This document shows positions 9,228 to 18,897 of a stretch of 56,576 nucleotides of DNA, piece after piece (within the stretch, counting starts at the first letter, position 1; the number at the start of each line of letters is the position of its first letter). This DNA is from a bacterium (GTDB lineage Bacteria > Patescibacteriota > Microgenomatia > UBA1400 > UBA12108): the NCBI GenBank assembly GCA_043809365.1, contig JAZDDW010000003.1, positions 1 through 56,576 of the forward strand, in the 5' to 3' direction. Position numbers and translations under genes: made by a program. The notes under the pieces are model-generated. The model was not told where the DNA came from, did not search any database, and worked only from the letters and a program-made list of their open reading frames with translations.

Positions 9228-11539
9228 TGGTTAAATTACGCGCTCACTGGCCCTACATCTTGGCGCTGTGTTTGCTCACAATATTTCTGACTCGAAATAT
9301 CTGGGGTACTCGTGCTTGGATTGAGACTCATGACGGTATTTTCCATGTGATCCGGCTCGAGGCTTTTGTCGATGCCCTCAAAAGTGGCCAGTTTCCGGTC
9401 CGCTGGGCTGGTAACCTAGATAATGGTTTTGGCCTGCCACTTTTTAATTATGTTTATCCTGGCCCCTATTATCTTGGAGCCCCTCTCCTGCTTATTGGGC
9501 TTAGCGCTAAATGGGCGATCAAACTTATCTCTCTAGGCTTTTATTTCTTTGGTGGACTAGGTGTTTATGCTCTCTTTGCCAAGGTTTCTCGTTCACGCGC
9601 TCTTTTTGCCGCTCTGATTTTCTTAACCACACCCTATCTCATGCTTAATCTCTTTGTGCGCGGGGCGCTCGGAGAATTTATGGCTATCTGTTTGTTACCT
9701 TGGGTCATTCTGTCACTTTATGATCTAAACAAGAGTAACAAACTATTGTGGTATCATCCGTTGGCGTATTTTGGACTTTTTCTTAGTCACAACTTTTTAA
9801 GTTTTTTGTTCCTTCCGCTCTATCTATTGCTCATATTGAGACAATCACGCCATACTCAAATCAAAGCAGTAACTAGTTTGGTCATATCCACCCTCCTTGC
9901 TGGGTTTTTTCTCTTCCCTTTTATTTTTGAGTCCTCGCTGATTTATTCTGGTGCAGCCGCCAATTTCACTTATAACTTTGCCGACCATTTTCTCTACCCC
10001 CTCCAGCTTATTTGGAGCAGATGGGGGAGCGGTCACTCGGTGGCTGGAGCAGGAGATGGTTTATCTTTTCAGTTGGGTATTGCCAATCTGTTGTTGCTGG
10101 GTATCGCTATTTGGCTCTGGTTAAAACATAAAGGCTCTCACCATCTCAGGTTTTGGCTTGTTACTGTGTTGACCTCTCTCTTCATGCTTTTACCCCTTGC
10201 ACTCCCCCTTTGGCGGTTATTTTTTCCTATACAAATTATTCAATTCCCTTGGCGCCTACTTGCACTCTTCACCATTGCCTCTCCCATGATCGCTTTTTAT
10301 GTAGCTCCCAGGAAATCTCTCATGATCTTTCTCGGCATTATCGCCCTCGGGTTTGGATTCTACTTTTCGACTCCCCCTTACTTCCAAAACAACGAACAAT
10401 TTGCTACTCAAATGTATGTTCATCGTTTTAAAACGACCACCTCATCTCGTCTCGAATTACTCCCTCGCTGGGCCCCCAGGACAGAAAAATGGAAAGGTGA
10501 CGAGGAAATCCGCATTGCCTCGGGCAATGCAGAGCTCAAACTCATGAGTACTAACTCTAGTGGTCTTACCGTGAGCTCAACAACTTCTGATTTTGACACT
10601 ACTTACTTAATCCGGCGTAACTATTTTCCCTCCTGGACTGCCCAAAACGAAAAAGGGGAAACTCTTCCTCTTTCAATCAGCCCCGATGGTGAGATCATCT
10701 TTCGCCCAGCACAGGGTAATCATATCTATCATATCTTTGTCAGTAGTACCCAGGTCGAAACTCTAGGGAACCTACTTTCTCTCTTAGGCTCCATCCTGAT
10801 TCTGGGATTAATTATTCGTCCTTGGCTCAAGCGTTACCTCGACTCCCATTTTGACGGTTGGGATATCTCTATCGCTCTGCGTTATTTACCCATTGTTACT
10901 GAATTAAAGCGGATTTCTCATCCATCCGACAAAATCCTGGAGATTGGCTCCGAAATTCATGGGATTACGACCTACTACCCGCGTCGTGTGACTGGACTCG
11001 ATCGAGGTTTTGACTATACCAAGCAAAATCGCTACCTCAAACCCGTGATTGGCAGCGCCACCCATCTACCCTTTCAAGCTAATTCCTTTGACTATGTCAT
11101 TTCTGTTGACTGTCTTGAGCACGTGCCCACCAAATTACGTGCTCAGGCTGTCAAGGAGATGCTTCGCGTTGCTACTCAAAAAGTCTATCTCACTTTCCCC
11201 GTTGGCTCTGCTTCACAAGATATTGACCGCCGGCTCGATCAATATTTTTATCTTCGCAATGGGTCCCACTTTGGTTATTTGACAGAGCACGTCAAGAACG
11301 GTTTGCCCCCCTTCGATTATATCCCTCAATTACTTGCGCATAACCATAAGTGGTCTTATACCGTATCGGGCAATACTAGTAACTGGCTCTGGACCATCCT
11401 ACTTAAAATGGGGCTCTCCAATACTCCCTGGCAGACCAGTATTTATCGGCGACTACTATTGTTTTTGCCTATTCTCAAACACTGCAATTTTGGCCCATGC
11501 TATCGCCAATTATATATTCTCACAAGAATCAAATCATGA
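9227..11539 (+). CDS. Fusion: PTPS-related-type polytopic membrane protein (GT-C-like) + C-terminal class I SAM methyltransferase
   Basis: Start moved from the TTG at 9203 to the ATG at 9227 (TAATG overlap with the upstream stop). N-terminus THDGIFHVIRLEAFVDALKSGQFPVRWAGNLDNGFGLPLFNYVYPGPYY is paralogous to 44452-46068. C-terminal ILEIGSE...LPFQANSFDYVISVDCLEHV is a Methyltransf_11-like domain. Confidence 0.65.
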   Translation: MVKLRAHWPYILALCLLTIFLTRNIWGTRAWIETHDGIFHVIRLEAFVDALKSGQFPVRWAGNLDNGFGLPLFNYVYPGPYYLGAPLLLIGLSAKWAIKLISLGFYFFGGLGVYALFAKVSRSRALFAALIFLTTPYLMLNLFVRGALGEFMAICLLPWVILSLYDLNKSNKLLWYHPLAYFGLFLSHNFLSFLFLPLYLLLILRQSRHTQIKAVTSLVISTLLAGFFLFPFIFESSLIYSGAAANFTYNFADHFLYPLQLIWSRWGSGHSVAGAGDGLSFQLGIANLLLLGIAIWLWLKHKGSHHLRFWLVTVLTSLFMLLPLALPLWRLFFPIQIIQFPWRLLALFTIASPMIAFYVAPRKSLMIFLGIIALGFGFYFSTPPYFQNNEQFATQMYVHRFKTTTSSRLELLPRWAPRTEKWKGDEEIRIASGNAELKLMSTNSSGLTVSSTTSDFDTTYLIRRNYFPSWTAQNEKGETLPLSISPDGEIIFRPAQGNHIYHIFVSSTQVETLGNLLSLLGSILILGLIIRPWLKRYLDSHFDGWDISIALRYLPIVTELKRISHPSDKILEIGSEIHGITTYYPRRVTGLDRGFDYTKQNRYLKPVIGSATHLPFQANSFDYVISVDCLEHVPTKLRAQAVKEMLRVATQKVYLTFPVGSASQDIDRRLDQYFYLRNGSHFGYLTEHVKNGLPPFDYIPQLLAHNHKWSYTVSGNTSNWLWTILLKMGLSNTPWQTSIYRRLLLFLPILKHCNFGPCYRQLYILTRIKS

Positions 11540-12570
11540 AGATAGCTTTCTGTACCAGCCCACTCTCCCTCGCGAGTAAGACTAGAGGAGTTGGTGCCTA
11601 CACTAGAGAATTAATTTCTGCTCTCCGCTCGAGTTTCCCTGCCGATGAGTTCGTTGAGACGACAGGTAATCCCTACTCAACCAAAGTCGATCTCGTCCAC
11701 TACCCCTTTTTTGATCCCTACTTCCTCACGCTCCCTTGGCGATTTCCTGTCCCCACCATCGTGACAATTCACGACTTGATTCCGCTCAAATATCCCACTC
11801 ATTTCCCCGCCGGTAAAAGGGGGAAACTCAAGTGGCAAGTGCAAAAGTTCCTGGCTCACCGGACCAACGCGATCCTCACCGACTCAAATAGTTCTGCCTC
11901 CGATATTCACGCACTTATGGGTATTCCTCAGGAGCGTGTCCACGTGGTACCCCTAGCTTCGGCTACTGCCCGCACCACCCTCGCTCTTACTCCCAAACTC
12001 AAGAAACTTTATCATTTGCCTGATCGCTATATTCTCTATGTCGGGGACGTCAACTGGAACAAAAATCTCCCCGGGTTAATTCAAGCCTTTGCTCGTCTTG
12101 ATAATGCTTCCACTCATCTGGTACTGGTGGGCAAAGTGTTTGCCGATAAGCCTGCCATTCCCGAATATTTTGCTGTCGAGCAAGCCATTATTGATTCGAA
12201 AAAGCCCAAACATATTCATCTTTTGGGCTATGTCCCTAGCCACCACTTGGTAGCCATTTATCGTGAAGCCACGCTCTACTGTCAACCCTCTTGGGACGAA
12301 GGTTTTGGCTTGCCAATCCTTGAGGCCATGAAAGCTGGATGCCCGGTCTTGTCGAGCAATCAGGGTAGTCTGCCCGAAGTAGGCGGGGAGGCCGCCACAT
12401 ATTTTGATCCGCATCACGACAACTTGACTTCCGCTCTCCAATCTCTCTTGTCCTCTCCCGCCCAACGCACCTCGCTTGTGGAGCGAGGACTCGTCCAAGC
12501 CAAAAAATTTACTTGGTCGAAAACAGCAAACCTGACAAGAACCATATATGTTCAAACTTTATCATCATGA
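11536..12570 (+). CDS. Glycosyltransferase family 4
   Basis: ATG at 11536 gives an ATGA overlap with the upstream stop. MKIAFCTSPLS...GVGAYTREL and EGFGLPILEAMKAGCPVLSSNQGSLPEV (E-x7-E). Confidence 0.85.
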   Translation: MKIAFCTSPLSLASKTRGVGAYTRELISALRSSFPADEFVETTGNPYSTKVDLVHYPFFDPYFLTLPWRFPVPTIVTIHDLIPLKYPTHFPAGKRGKLKWQVQKFLAHRTNAILTDSNSSASDIHALMGIPQERVHVVPLASATARTTLALTPKLKKLYHLPDRYILYVGDVNWNKNLPGLIQAFARLDNASTHLVLVGKVFADKPAIPEYFAVEQAIIDSKKPKHIHLLGYVPSHHLVAIYREATLYCQPSWDEGFGLPILEAMKAGCPVLSSNQGSLPEVGGEAATYFDPHHDNLTSALQSLLSSPAQRTSLVERGLVQAKKFTWSKTANLTRTIYVQTLSS

Positions 12571-14288
12571 ATAAACTCCTTCCCTTTGTTATTACTGTCA
12601 TGGCCGGTCTCATCATTTTATTACGCTTTTTCCAGCTTGGCACTATTCCCCAAGGGATTCATGCCGATGAAGCTAGTTATGGTTATGATGCCTATTCTCT
12701 CTTAAAAACCGGTCGTGACCAATGGGGACAAGCCTGGCCTCTGTCCTTCAAATCATTTGGTGATTACAAACTCAACTTACCCTACCTAATCATCCCGGCC
12801 ATCAAACTCGTTGGTCTCACAACTACTGCCACCCGCCTTCCCTCCGCGATTTTCGGTCTCTTGACAGTCATCGTCCTCTACCTGACTCTCCAGCTTTTCC
12901 GGCGCTCACCAATCTTAAATGGTTTTCTCACCTTAATATTTGCTACTTCGCCCTGGGCTTTTGGGATTAGTCGATTATTTTTCGAGTCCAACGTGGCCTT
13001 ATTTTTCTATACGGCAGGTATGTATAGTATGGTTCGAGCTATTCATACCCAGCGGATTGATAGGATTTATTACTTGGGGATTATTCTCTTTTCTCTAGCT
13101 GGCTATTTTTACGCCCCATTGCGTTTTATAGGTTTAGCGACTGTTATCCTAGGCCTTTGTTATACTCGCCTGGCTGTCGTCAAAACGATTATCCTTTACT
13201 TGCTGGTGGCTCTCCCTATCTTGTCTCAATTTTTCTCGGGGGTAGGTTTGACCAGGTTAAACCAGGAAAGCAGTCTTCGGGCATTTGAATACAGTCTGGT
13301 TATCAATGAGAATCGCGATTTCTGCTATCAATCACTTAACCATAATCCTCTCCTTACTAAAGCCTGTTACCTGTATTGGAACAAGCCTTTGATGCGGATC
13401 GAAGCTGTTATCCAAACTATCTTTGCGGAGTTTAGTCCTCATTATTTATTTCTTGAGTCGGCCGACAACTATATCGTTCCTCCCTCAACCGGGCCATATT
13501 TATATTATCTTTTGCCATTATTTTTACTTGGTGCTCTCGCACTATTTATGTCTAAGCAAAGATTCTTTTTTATTTTCTTCTTCGTCGCCCTGGCAGTGGC
13601 TGCTTCCGCCGCCAAAGTCTCACTCTACCGCAATACTGTGGGTCTCTACCTGGCATTTTTCCCTATCGCTGCCGGTTTTTATTTCATACTTGACTACTGT
13701 CGATCTCGCCTGCCTGATCTTACCAAGCCACTCATGCTCGCGTTTGTCTTGATCTCCCTGTTCTTCCAATCCCGCTATCTCGCGCATTACTTTTTGGTCT
13801 ACTCAAGGTCCACCACTTTTGCTTGGAGTGCCGACGCAGAGTATATCGCCAGGTACATTGGCAAGGTGAGCAATGAGTATCGGACAGTAATTGACAAAAG
13901 TGCGGGTGATTTTGGTCCTCTTTATGTTATTTTTTACAACGTTTATGATCCCAAAATTGTTCAAAGCAGAGCCGAGTGGACTACTGGCGATCCCCGCGGC
14001 TGGACTCGGATTGGCAAACTCGGTAATATCGCTTCTGCTGATCCTCGCACCATCAGAGATCTCATTTGTGAAAAAGCCTCCGCTCCTCAAGATGATCTTA
14101 GTGCTCTCTATATTACATTTCCTCTCGAAGATTACAGTCGCTTTGCCGATCAAGTAACCCGTGATTGGCGGGACACAAAGACCATCCACGAAATATATGA
14201 CATCGACTCTCTATTCTCCCAATTAATGAGTGATAATCCCGCAAATCTTACCAGACTCTGCCCAATCGAGACCGCAAGATGGAAATGA
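12567..14288 (+). CDS. GT39/PMT_2-family membrane glycosyltransferase
   Basis: ATG at 12567 gives an ATGA overlap. GIHADEASYGYDAYSLLKTGRDQWG...ATRLPSAIFGLLTVIVLYL matches the PMT_2 N-terminus. Confidence 0.75.
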   Translation: MNKLLPFVITVMAGLIILLRFFQLGTIPQGIHADEASYGYDAYSLLKTGRDQWGQAWPLSFKSFGDYKLNLPYLIIPAIKLVGLTTTATRLPSAIFGLLTVIVLYLTLQLFRRSPILNGFLTLIFATSPWAFGISRLFFESNVALFFYTAGMYSMVRAIHTQRIDRIYYLGIILFSLAGYFYAPLRFIGLATVILGLCYTRLAVVKTIILYLLVALPILSQFFSGVGLTRLNQESSLRAFEYSLVINENRDFCYQSLNHNPLLTKACYLYWNKPLMRIEAVIQTIFAEFSPHYLFLESADNYIVPPSTGPYLYYLLPLFLLGALALFMSKQRFFFIFFFVALAVAASAAKVSLYRNTVGLYLAFFPIAAGFYFILDYCRSRLPDLTKPLMLAFVLISLFFQSRYLAHYFLVYSRSTTFAWSADAEYIARYIGKVSNEYRTVIDKSAGDFGPLYVIFYNVYDPKIVQSRAEWTTGDPRGWTRIGKLGNIASADPRTIRDLICEKASAPQDDLSALYITFPLEDYSRFADQVTRDWRDTKTIHEIYDIDSLFSQLMSDNPANLTRLCPIETARWK

Positions 14289-15271
14289 GTTTTCCCTACT
14301 ACGATACCGATCTTGCCCCTTTTTATTCTCGCTTTTGGGCGACCTTCGCCCACTTTGACGGTATCCATTATTTGCGCGTTGCCACTCACGGCTATGCTGA
14401 CTGGGGGAGTCAAGCTTTTTTTCCTCTTTATCCACTCCTCATCAATTTTTTTACCAGGGTTGTTGGTGATCCACTCTACTCTGGAGTGATCCTCTCTCTA
14501 CTCTCTCTCGTCCTCGCACTTATCGCTCTACGACGCCTCTTCCCCACTCGCCCCCAGCTTTTCTTACTTGTATTATCTTTTCCTACGGCTTTTTTCTTTC
14601 TTACGCTCTACACCGAGTCACTTTTTTTTGCCCTTTCTCTGTGGTTTTTTGTTGCACTCCGTGAAAAGCATTTTTGGCTTGCTGCCATTCTTGCTGGACT
14701 CGCCTCCGCTACCCGTTTAGTTGGTGCTTTTCTCGCCATCAGTTTACTCATTGAACTACTTCCTCGAACATTAACCATCGTCCATCGCTCATTCTTTTTT
14801 CTCCTTTCCCTCTCTGGTCTTTTGCTATATATGTTCTTTCTTTATCGCGCAGTAGGAGACCCCTTACTTTTCTTTCATATCCAGCCAGTGTTTGGCGCAG
14901 GCCGCAGTGGGGGAGAGCTCATCCTACTTCCGCAAGTTATTTATCGTTACGGGAAAATTTTTGTGACCACTAGTTTCCAAACTTTTCCCTTTTGGCGGGC
15001 ACTTTTGGAGTTTAGTCTTTTCTCCTGGGCGTTCTCGACACTTGTGCTCAAATTTAGAAAACTTCCGCCTTCCGTTACTGCTTATCTCGCACTCTCTCTC
15101 CTTTTGCCATCCTTGACTGGCACGCTCTCCTCTCTTCCGCGCTACATTCTCGTCCTCACCCCTTGGCTCATTCCAGAGACACGTCGGGGTATCTGGGTTT
15201 ATTTAGTATTTTGTCTACCTCTAGCAATTATTTGTTTCATCCAGTTTGCTCGCGGGATCTTTGTCAGTTAG
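14279..15271 (+). CDS. PIG-V-like (Mannosyl_trans2-like) polytopic membrane glycosyltransferase candidate
   Basis: FAHFDGIHYLRVATHGYADWGSQAFFPLYPLL. Collinear by eye with the C-terminal half of 5056-6861. An alternative ATG at 14285 would give an ATGA overlap. Confidence 0.65.
   Translation: MEMSFPYYDTDLAPFYSRFWATFAHFDGIHYLRVATHGYADWGSQAFFPLYPLLINFFTRVVGDPLYSGVILSLLSLVLALIALRRLFPTRPQLFLLVLSFPTAFFFLTLYTESLFFALSLWFFVALREKHFWLAAILAGLASATRLVGAFLAISLLIELLPRTLTIVHRSFFFLLSLSGLLLYMFFLYRAVGDPLLFFHIQPVFGAGRSGGELILLPQVIYRYGKIFVTTSFQTFPFWRALLEFSLFSWAFSTLVLKFRKLPPSVTAYLALSLLLPSLTGTLSSLPRYILVLTPWLIPETRRGIWVYLVFCLPLAIICFIQFARGIFVS
14769..14796 (+). repeat. Heptad array B (4 units)
   Basis: CATTAAC CATCGTC CATCGCT CATTCTT, with CAT at 14769, 14776, 14783 and 14790. 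Read as TLTIVHRSF. Confidence 0.9.
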
Positions 15272-15273
15272 GC

Positions 15274-15279
15274 TATACT
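15274..15279 (+). promoter_or_regulatory. -10-like box abutting a start codon (leaderless-type)
   Basis: TATACT, 6 nt before the ATG at 15286. Confidence 0.45.
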
Positions 15280-15285
15280 ATTTTT

Positions 15286-16371
15286 ATGAAAAAAGACTTG
15301 TTAATCATTACCTTAGTATTTGCTTTTCTTTCCAGTGCATTCTTTCTCTTTGCCAAAACTACTCGTGGCGGGATGAGTAGTGTCTTCAAAGCTTGGGATG
15401 GCCCGAGTTATGTAATTGCCGCCCAAAGTCTCTACGTGCCAGAGGACGCTGTTCGCTATAACAGTATCCAGTCGAAAGATATTAGAGCTAATTTTACTTT
15501 TCTTCCCGCCCACTTTCCCCTCTACCCGCTGTTCATTCGTAGTTTTTCGTTCATCGGTTATTATCAATCCATGCTCATGTTCTCCCTGGTTTTTAGTCTA
15601 GCTTTCTTGCTTGCCTTCTATCTGCTCTCCCGTGAGCTACATTTATTTAACCCTCTCCTCCTCACGCTCCCGATGATTTTACTCCCTCCTCGCTGGTTTA
15701 TTGTCAGCCATACCGGTAGCTCGGAACCTCTCTTTTTATTCCTTGTGATCAGTAGTCTTTTATTCTACTTCCGTCATTCTCCCTGGAGCTCCGCAGCTCT
15801 TGCTGCCCTAGCCATGCTTACTCGTCCCCAAGGCGCCCTTCTCGGATTAACTTACCTAGTTATCGCCTCCATAGACCTCTATCGCTCTAAGTCTCTCCGG
15901 CTCACCCTCAACCGCTACTCTCCCTATCTCTTGGTCCCCCTCGCTCTCTTGGGCGTATTTTGTTTTTATCTGCGTCAGGCCGGAGATTTTTGGGCTTTCT
16001 TCTCTGCGATCTCGATCTTTCATCATTTTAAACTAACCATTTTCCCCACTTTTAATTATGGCGCGCCCAACATTGAAACTTTTTGGCAAGAGGCGAGCGT
16101 CCTTTATTATTTTTTGTATTTGGTTTCGATAATCCGCCTCTTTAGTCGTAAAACTTGGCAGTTGGGTGTCTTGGGGATTATTTTCTACCTGCCTCTTATT
16201 TTTCTTCAGCACGAAGATATTAGCCGTTATGCTCTCCCCCTTATGCCCCTCGCCTTTATTGCTTTCTCAAAAGTTGCCTCAACCCGCTCGTTCTCTCTCG
16301 CGGCCCTCCTCTCTAGCCCCGCCATTTTCCTCTACACCACCAATTTTATCCTCCACAACCGCGCGCTCTAA
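15286..16371 (+). CDS. Polytopic membrane protein, distant PIG-V-like paralog
   Basis: ATG at 15286 chosen (MKKDLLIITLVF; the track ORF extends into the upstream gene). WDGPSYVIAAQSLY...LPAHFPLYPLF echoes the PIG-V-like signature. Confidence 0.55.
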   Translation: MKKDLLIITLVFAFLSSAFFLFAKTTRGGMSSVFKAWDGPSYVIAAQSLYVPEDAVRYNSIQSKDIRANFTFLPAHFPLYPLFIRSFSFIGYYQSMLMFSLVFSLAFLLAFYLLSRELHLFNPLLLTLPMILLPPRWFIVSHTGSSEPLFLFLVISSLLFYFRHSPWSSAALAALAMLTRPQGALLGLTYLVIASIDLYRSKSLRLTLNRYSPYLLVPLALLGVFCFYLRQAGDFWAFFSAISIFHHFKLTIFPTFNYGAPNIETFWQEASVLYYFLYLVSIIRLFSRKTWQLGVLGIIFYLPLIFLQHEDISRYALPLMPLAFIAFSKVASTRSFSLAALLSSPAIFLYTTNFILHNRAL

Positions 16372-16379
16372 TTTTGCTC

Positions 16380-16385
16380 TATAAT
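16380..16385 (+). promoter_or_regulatory. -10-like box abutting a start codon (leaderless-type)
   Basis: TATAAT, 7 nt before the ATG at 16393. Confidence 0.5.
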
Positions 16386-16392
16386 ACTCTCT

Positions 16393-17160
16393 ATGTCACT
16401 CTCGCATTACGTAGAACTCACCCGTGAACTCACAGCACGAGAGATCAAGGCTCGCTACAAACAATCTATTCTGGGTTACGCTTGGGTCATTCTCAACCCC
16501 CTCTTCCAGATGTTAGTTATGGCTTTTGTCTTTTCCCATATCGTGCGTTTTCCCACTGTTGGTACTCCCTATACCGTGTTCCTTTACGCCGGCCTCTTGC
16601 CCTGGACACTTTTTGCCAATTCGCTCGTTGGAGCCACCAACTCACTTGTCTCTAGTGCCAATCTGATCAAAAAAATCTATTTTCCTCGTGAGATCTTTGT
16701 GATTAGTATTGTTCTTTCCAAAATTGTCGATTTTCTCCTTGCTTCCACTGTCTTTGTAATTTTCTTGATCATCGCCCATAGTGCATTGACCATTAACTTG
16801 TTGTGGGTTATCCCCATTTTTATTATCCAGCAAATTTTTACCTACGGGCTGTGTCTCATCCTCGCTGCCATTAATCTGTTTTATCGCGATATTCAGTACG
16901 TCCTCTCGCTCATCCTCACGATCGGCATGTACTTGACCCCCGTGATCTATCCGACCGAGATTTTTCCAGATCAATACCGGTGGATCTTTCAGCTCAATCC
17001 GATGGCTGTGATCATCAATGCCTATCGTGAATCCATTCTCTCTGGAGGCATACCCAACTTAGTTAGTCTGGGAATTGCCCTTCTTGTCTCTAGTCTCATT
17101 ACCTTTGTGGGTTATCGGTTATTCAAACGCCTAGAAGGAGTCTTTGCCGATGTCGTCTAA
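16393..17160 (+). CDS. ABC-2 type polysaccharide/teichoic-acid export permease (Wzm/TagG-like)
   Basis: ELTAREIKARYKQSILGYAWVILNPLFQMLV is the ABC-2 permease signature. 6 TM segments. Confidence 0.85.
   Translation: MSLSHYVELTRELTAREIKARYKQSILGYAWVILNPLFQMLVMAFVFSHIVRFPTVGTPYTVFLYAGLLPWTLFANSLVGATNSLVSSANLIKKIYFPREIFVISIVLSKIVDFLLASTVFVIFLIIAHSALTINLLWVIPIFIIQQIFTYGLCLILAAINLFYRDIQYVLSLILTIGMYLTPVIYPTEIFPDQYRWIFQLNPMAVIINAYRESILSGGIPNLVSLGIALLVSSLITFVGYRLFKRLEGVFADVV
16770..16797 (+). repeat. Heptad array H (4 units)
   Basis: CATCGCC CATAGTG CATTGAC CATTAAC, with CAT at 16770, 16777, 16784 and 16791. Inside the ABC permease gene, read as IIAHSALTIN. Confidence 0.9.
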
Positions 17161-17833
17161 TCAAACAGCCATCAAAATAACTGGCGTAAGCAAGTTATTT
17201 TTCAAACAAGAGCAAAAAACGTTTAAAGAGTTTTTGCCTGCCTTCTTTATGGGCAAGAAAACGCGCGAGTGGTTCTGGGCTCTCCAAGATATTAATCTGG
17301 ATATTAAGAGGGGGGAGTCGGTGGGGATTATGGGCCCCAATGGGAGCGGCAAGTCTACCCTCCTCAAGTTGATTGCCGGGGTTTCACAGCCCACCAAGGG
17401 TACAATTACGACCAAGGGCAGACTAGCCCCGCTTATTGAGTTAGGCGCCGGTTTCCATCCCGAGCTCACGGGACGCGAGAATGTCTATCTCAATGGAGTA
17501 ATCCTGGGTATGAGCCGGAGCGAAGTCGAGTCCAAATTCAAGGCTATTGTCAATTTTGCCGAGCTTTGGGACTTTATCGATATTCCCGTCAAACATTATA
17601 GTTCCGGTATGTATCTCCGCCTCGCTTTCTCCGTTGCCATCCACACGGGTCCTGACATCCTCTTGATTGACGAGATTCTAGCGGTTGGTGATGCAAGCTT
17701 CCAAAAGAAATGTTTTGCCAAACTCCAAGAACTGCATACCCAGGAGGTCACTCTCCTCATTGTTTCCCACAACCAACCCCTCCTGCACAAAATGACCAAG
17801 CGGATCATCCAACTAGATCACGGAATGATTTAA
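17150..17833 (+). CDS. ABC transporter ATP-binding protein (Wzt/TagH-like), nucleotide-binding domain only
   Basis: ATG at 17150 is preceded by AAGGAG 9 nt upstream (the track start at 17144 is TTG). Walker A GPNGSGKST, signature YSSGMYLRLAF, Walker B LLIDE. 227 aa, so no C-terminal glycan-binding domain. Confidence 0.85.
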   Translation: MSSNQTAIKITGVSKLFFKQEQKTFKEFLPAFFMGKKTREWFWALQDINLDIKRGESVGIMGPNGSGKSTLLKLIAGVSQPTKGTITTKGRLAPLIELGAGFHPELTGRENVYLNGVILGMSRSEVESKFKAIVNFAELWDFIDIPVKHYSSGMYLRLAFSVAIHTGPDILLIDEILAVGDASFQKKCFAKLQELHTQEVTLLIVSHNQPLLHKMTKRIIQLDHGMI

Positions 17834-17838
17834 TAGAC

Positions 17839-18897
17839 TCAACCCCGTATATGGGCTACGACATTCCTCTTAAGTTGACGTAGCAAATCAATCAGCAACT
17901 CCAAATTAATATTTGCATATATCAGTTTTCCTGAGAGAAACTTACGCATTTTGGGAGTATACCAATTTGCGATCTCTCGATTTCTCAGCCCCGCATAACT
18001 CGGAGTCATCTTGAAAGGGATTACTCCCAAAGACAAAAAATGTGAAGAATTAACACAATAACTGCAAACGCACGATTTGCCCATAGCCTCAAACTTGATC
18101 GGTTTAGTTACGTCCGCAAATATGTTTTGGGGCAGTGGATCACTATAACAACGCCTCATTTCTCCTGTCGCCAAGTTTAATACTCCCGACCATTTACCAG
18201 CATAGCAATATTCTTTTCTTTTGACCATAAAATTCTTCAATGTAAAATCATACAATGGTGAAGCAAATTTCTTTCCCAACTCATGGTATCTTGCTTTAGA
18301 GAGATTAGTGAGCAAGGAAAATGGCGTAGTTAATTCGTTTCTCGTTGCCGCTATCTGCGGAGGCGCCCCCACTTCTCGGACACAAATTGATCTAATTTTA
18401 TCAAGATGAGGGATGTACTCGTCTACCATATTGAGCTGTACTACAAAGGAGCACCCGGCAGCTCTGACCTTTTTAATATTATTAAAGAAAACATCAATTT
18501 GTTTTCGCTTAATCAACTCCAAATAGTGGAAAGAAAAAGCAAAATGCAATCTTGATCTATATTCCGTCGGCATCTCCATGAGTTCGTTAAATCTAGTGGT
18601 TTGAGTACCATTCGTCGTGATATTTACATAATGCCCGTTAGCCAGTAGAGCACGAACGATGTCCACAAGCTCAACCGGTATCATTGTCTCCCCAGCTCCA
18701 CAGATACTTATATAAGATATGCCGCCGAGACGTTCTTTGGATAGCGCGGCGGCGATAGTCTTGACGTCATATTTAAATTTAGGTAACTCATTAGTTCTGC
18801 GTCTTTCCTGCAATACATAGCAATAACTACATTTCAAGTTACAAAGAGTCACGGGGAGCAAACATTCAATAAACCGCTTTATTCTTACCATATTCAT
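17839..18897 (-). CDS. Radical SAM protein with Cys-rich C-terminal (SPASM/twitch-like) region
   Basis: CNLKCSYC (C-x3-C-x2-C) verified at 18820-18843. C-terminal CYAGKW...C...CVCSYC cluster. Low-GC gene. Confidence 0.8.
   Translation of the reverse strand: MNMVRIKRFIECLLPVTLCNLKCSYCYVLQERRRTNELPKFKYDVKTIAAALSKERLGGISYISICGAGETMIPVELVDIVRALLANGHYVNITTNGTQTTRFNELMEMPTEYRSRLHFAFSFHYLELIKRKQIDVFFNNIKKVRAAGCSFVVQLNMVDEYIPHLDKIRSICVREVGAPPQIAATRNELTTPFSLLTNLSKARYHELGKKFASPLYDFTLKNFMVKRKEYCYAGKWSGVLNLATGEMRRCYSDPLPQNIFADVTKPIKFEAMGKSCVCSYCVNSSHFLSLGVIPFKMTPSYAGLRNREIANWYTPKMRKFLSGKLIYANINLELLIDLLRQLKRNVVAHIRG

Noticed and set aside
12076-12555. Long antisense or alternative-frame ORFs in the six-frame track, for example 12076-12555(-), 5068-5487(-), 28597-29088(-), 54652-55215(-), 44067-44570(+), 40539-40937(+) and 22567-22992(+).
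   Set aside because: Each lies entirely inside a longer ORF with clear family motifs on the other strand or frame. Their translations are low-complexity with no recognisable motifs, so they are shadow ORFs.
16024-16044. Weaker or partial heptad patterns: 16024-16044 (CATTTTA AACTAAC CATTTTC), 1349-1364, 52010-52023 and 53781-53794 (two phased CATs each).
   Set aside because: Only 2 phased CATs or a broken middle unit, so chance is not excluded. They may be decayed arrays, but I do not count them.
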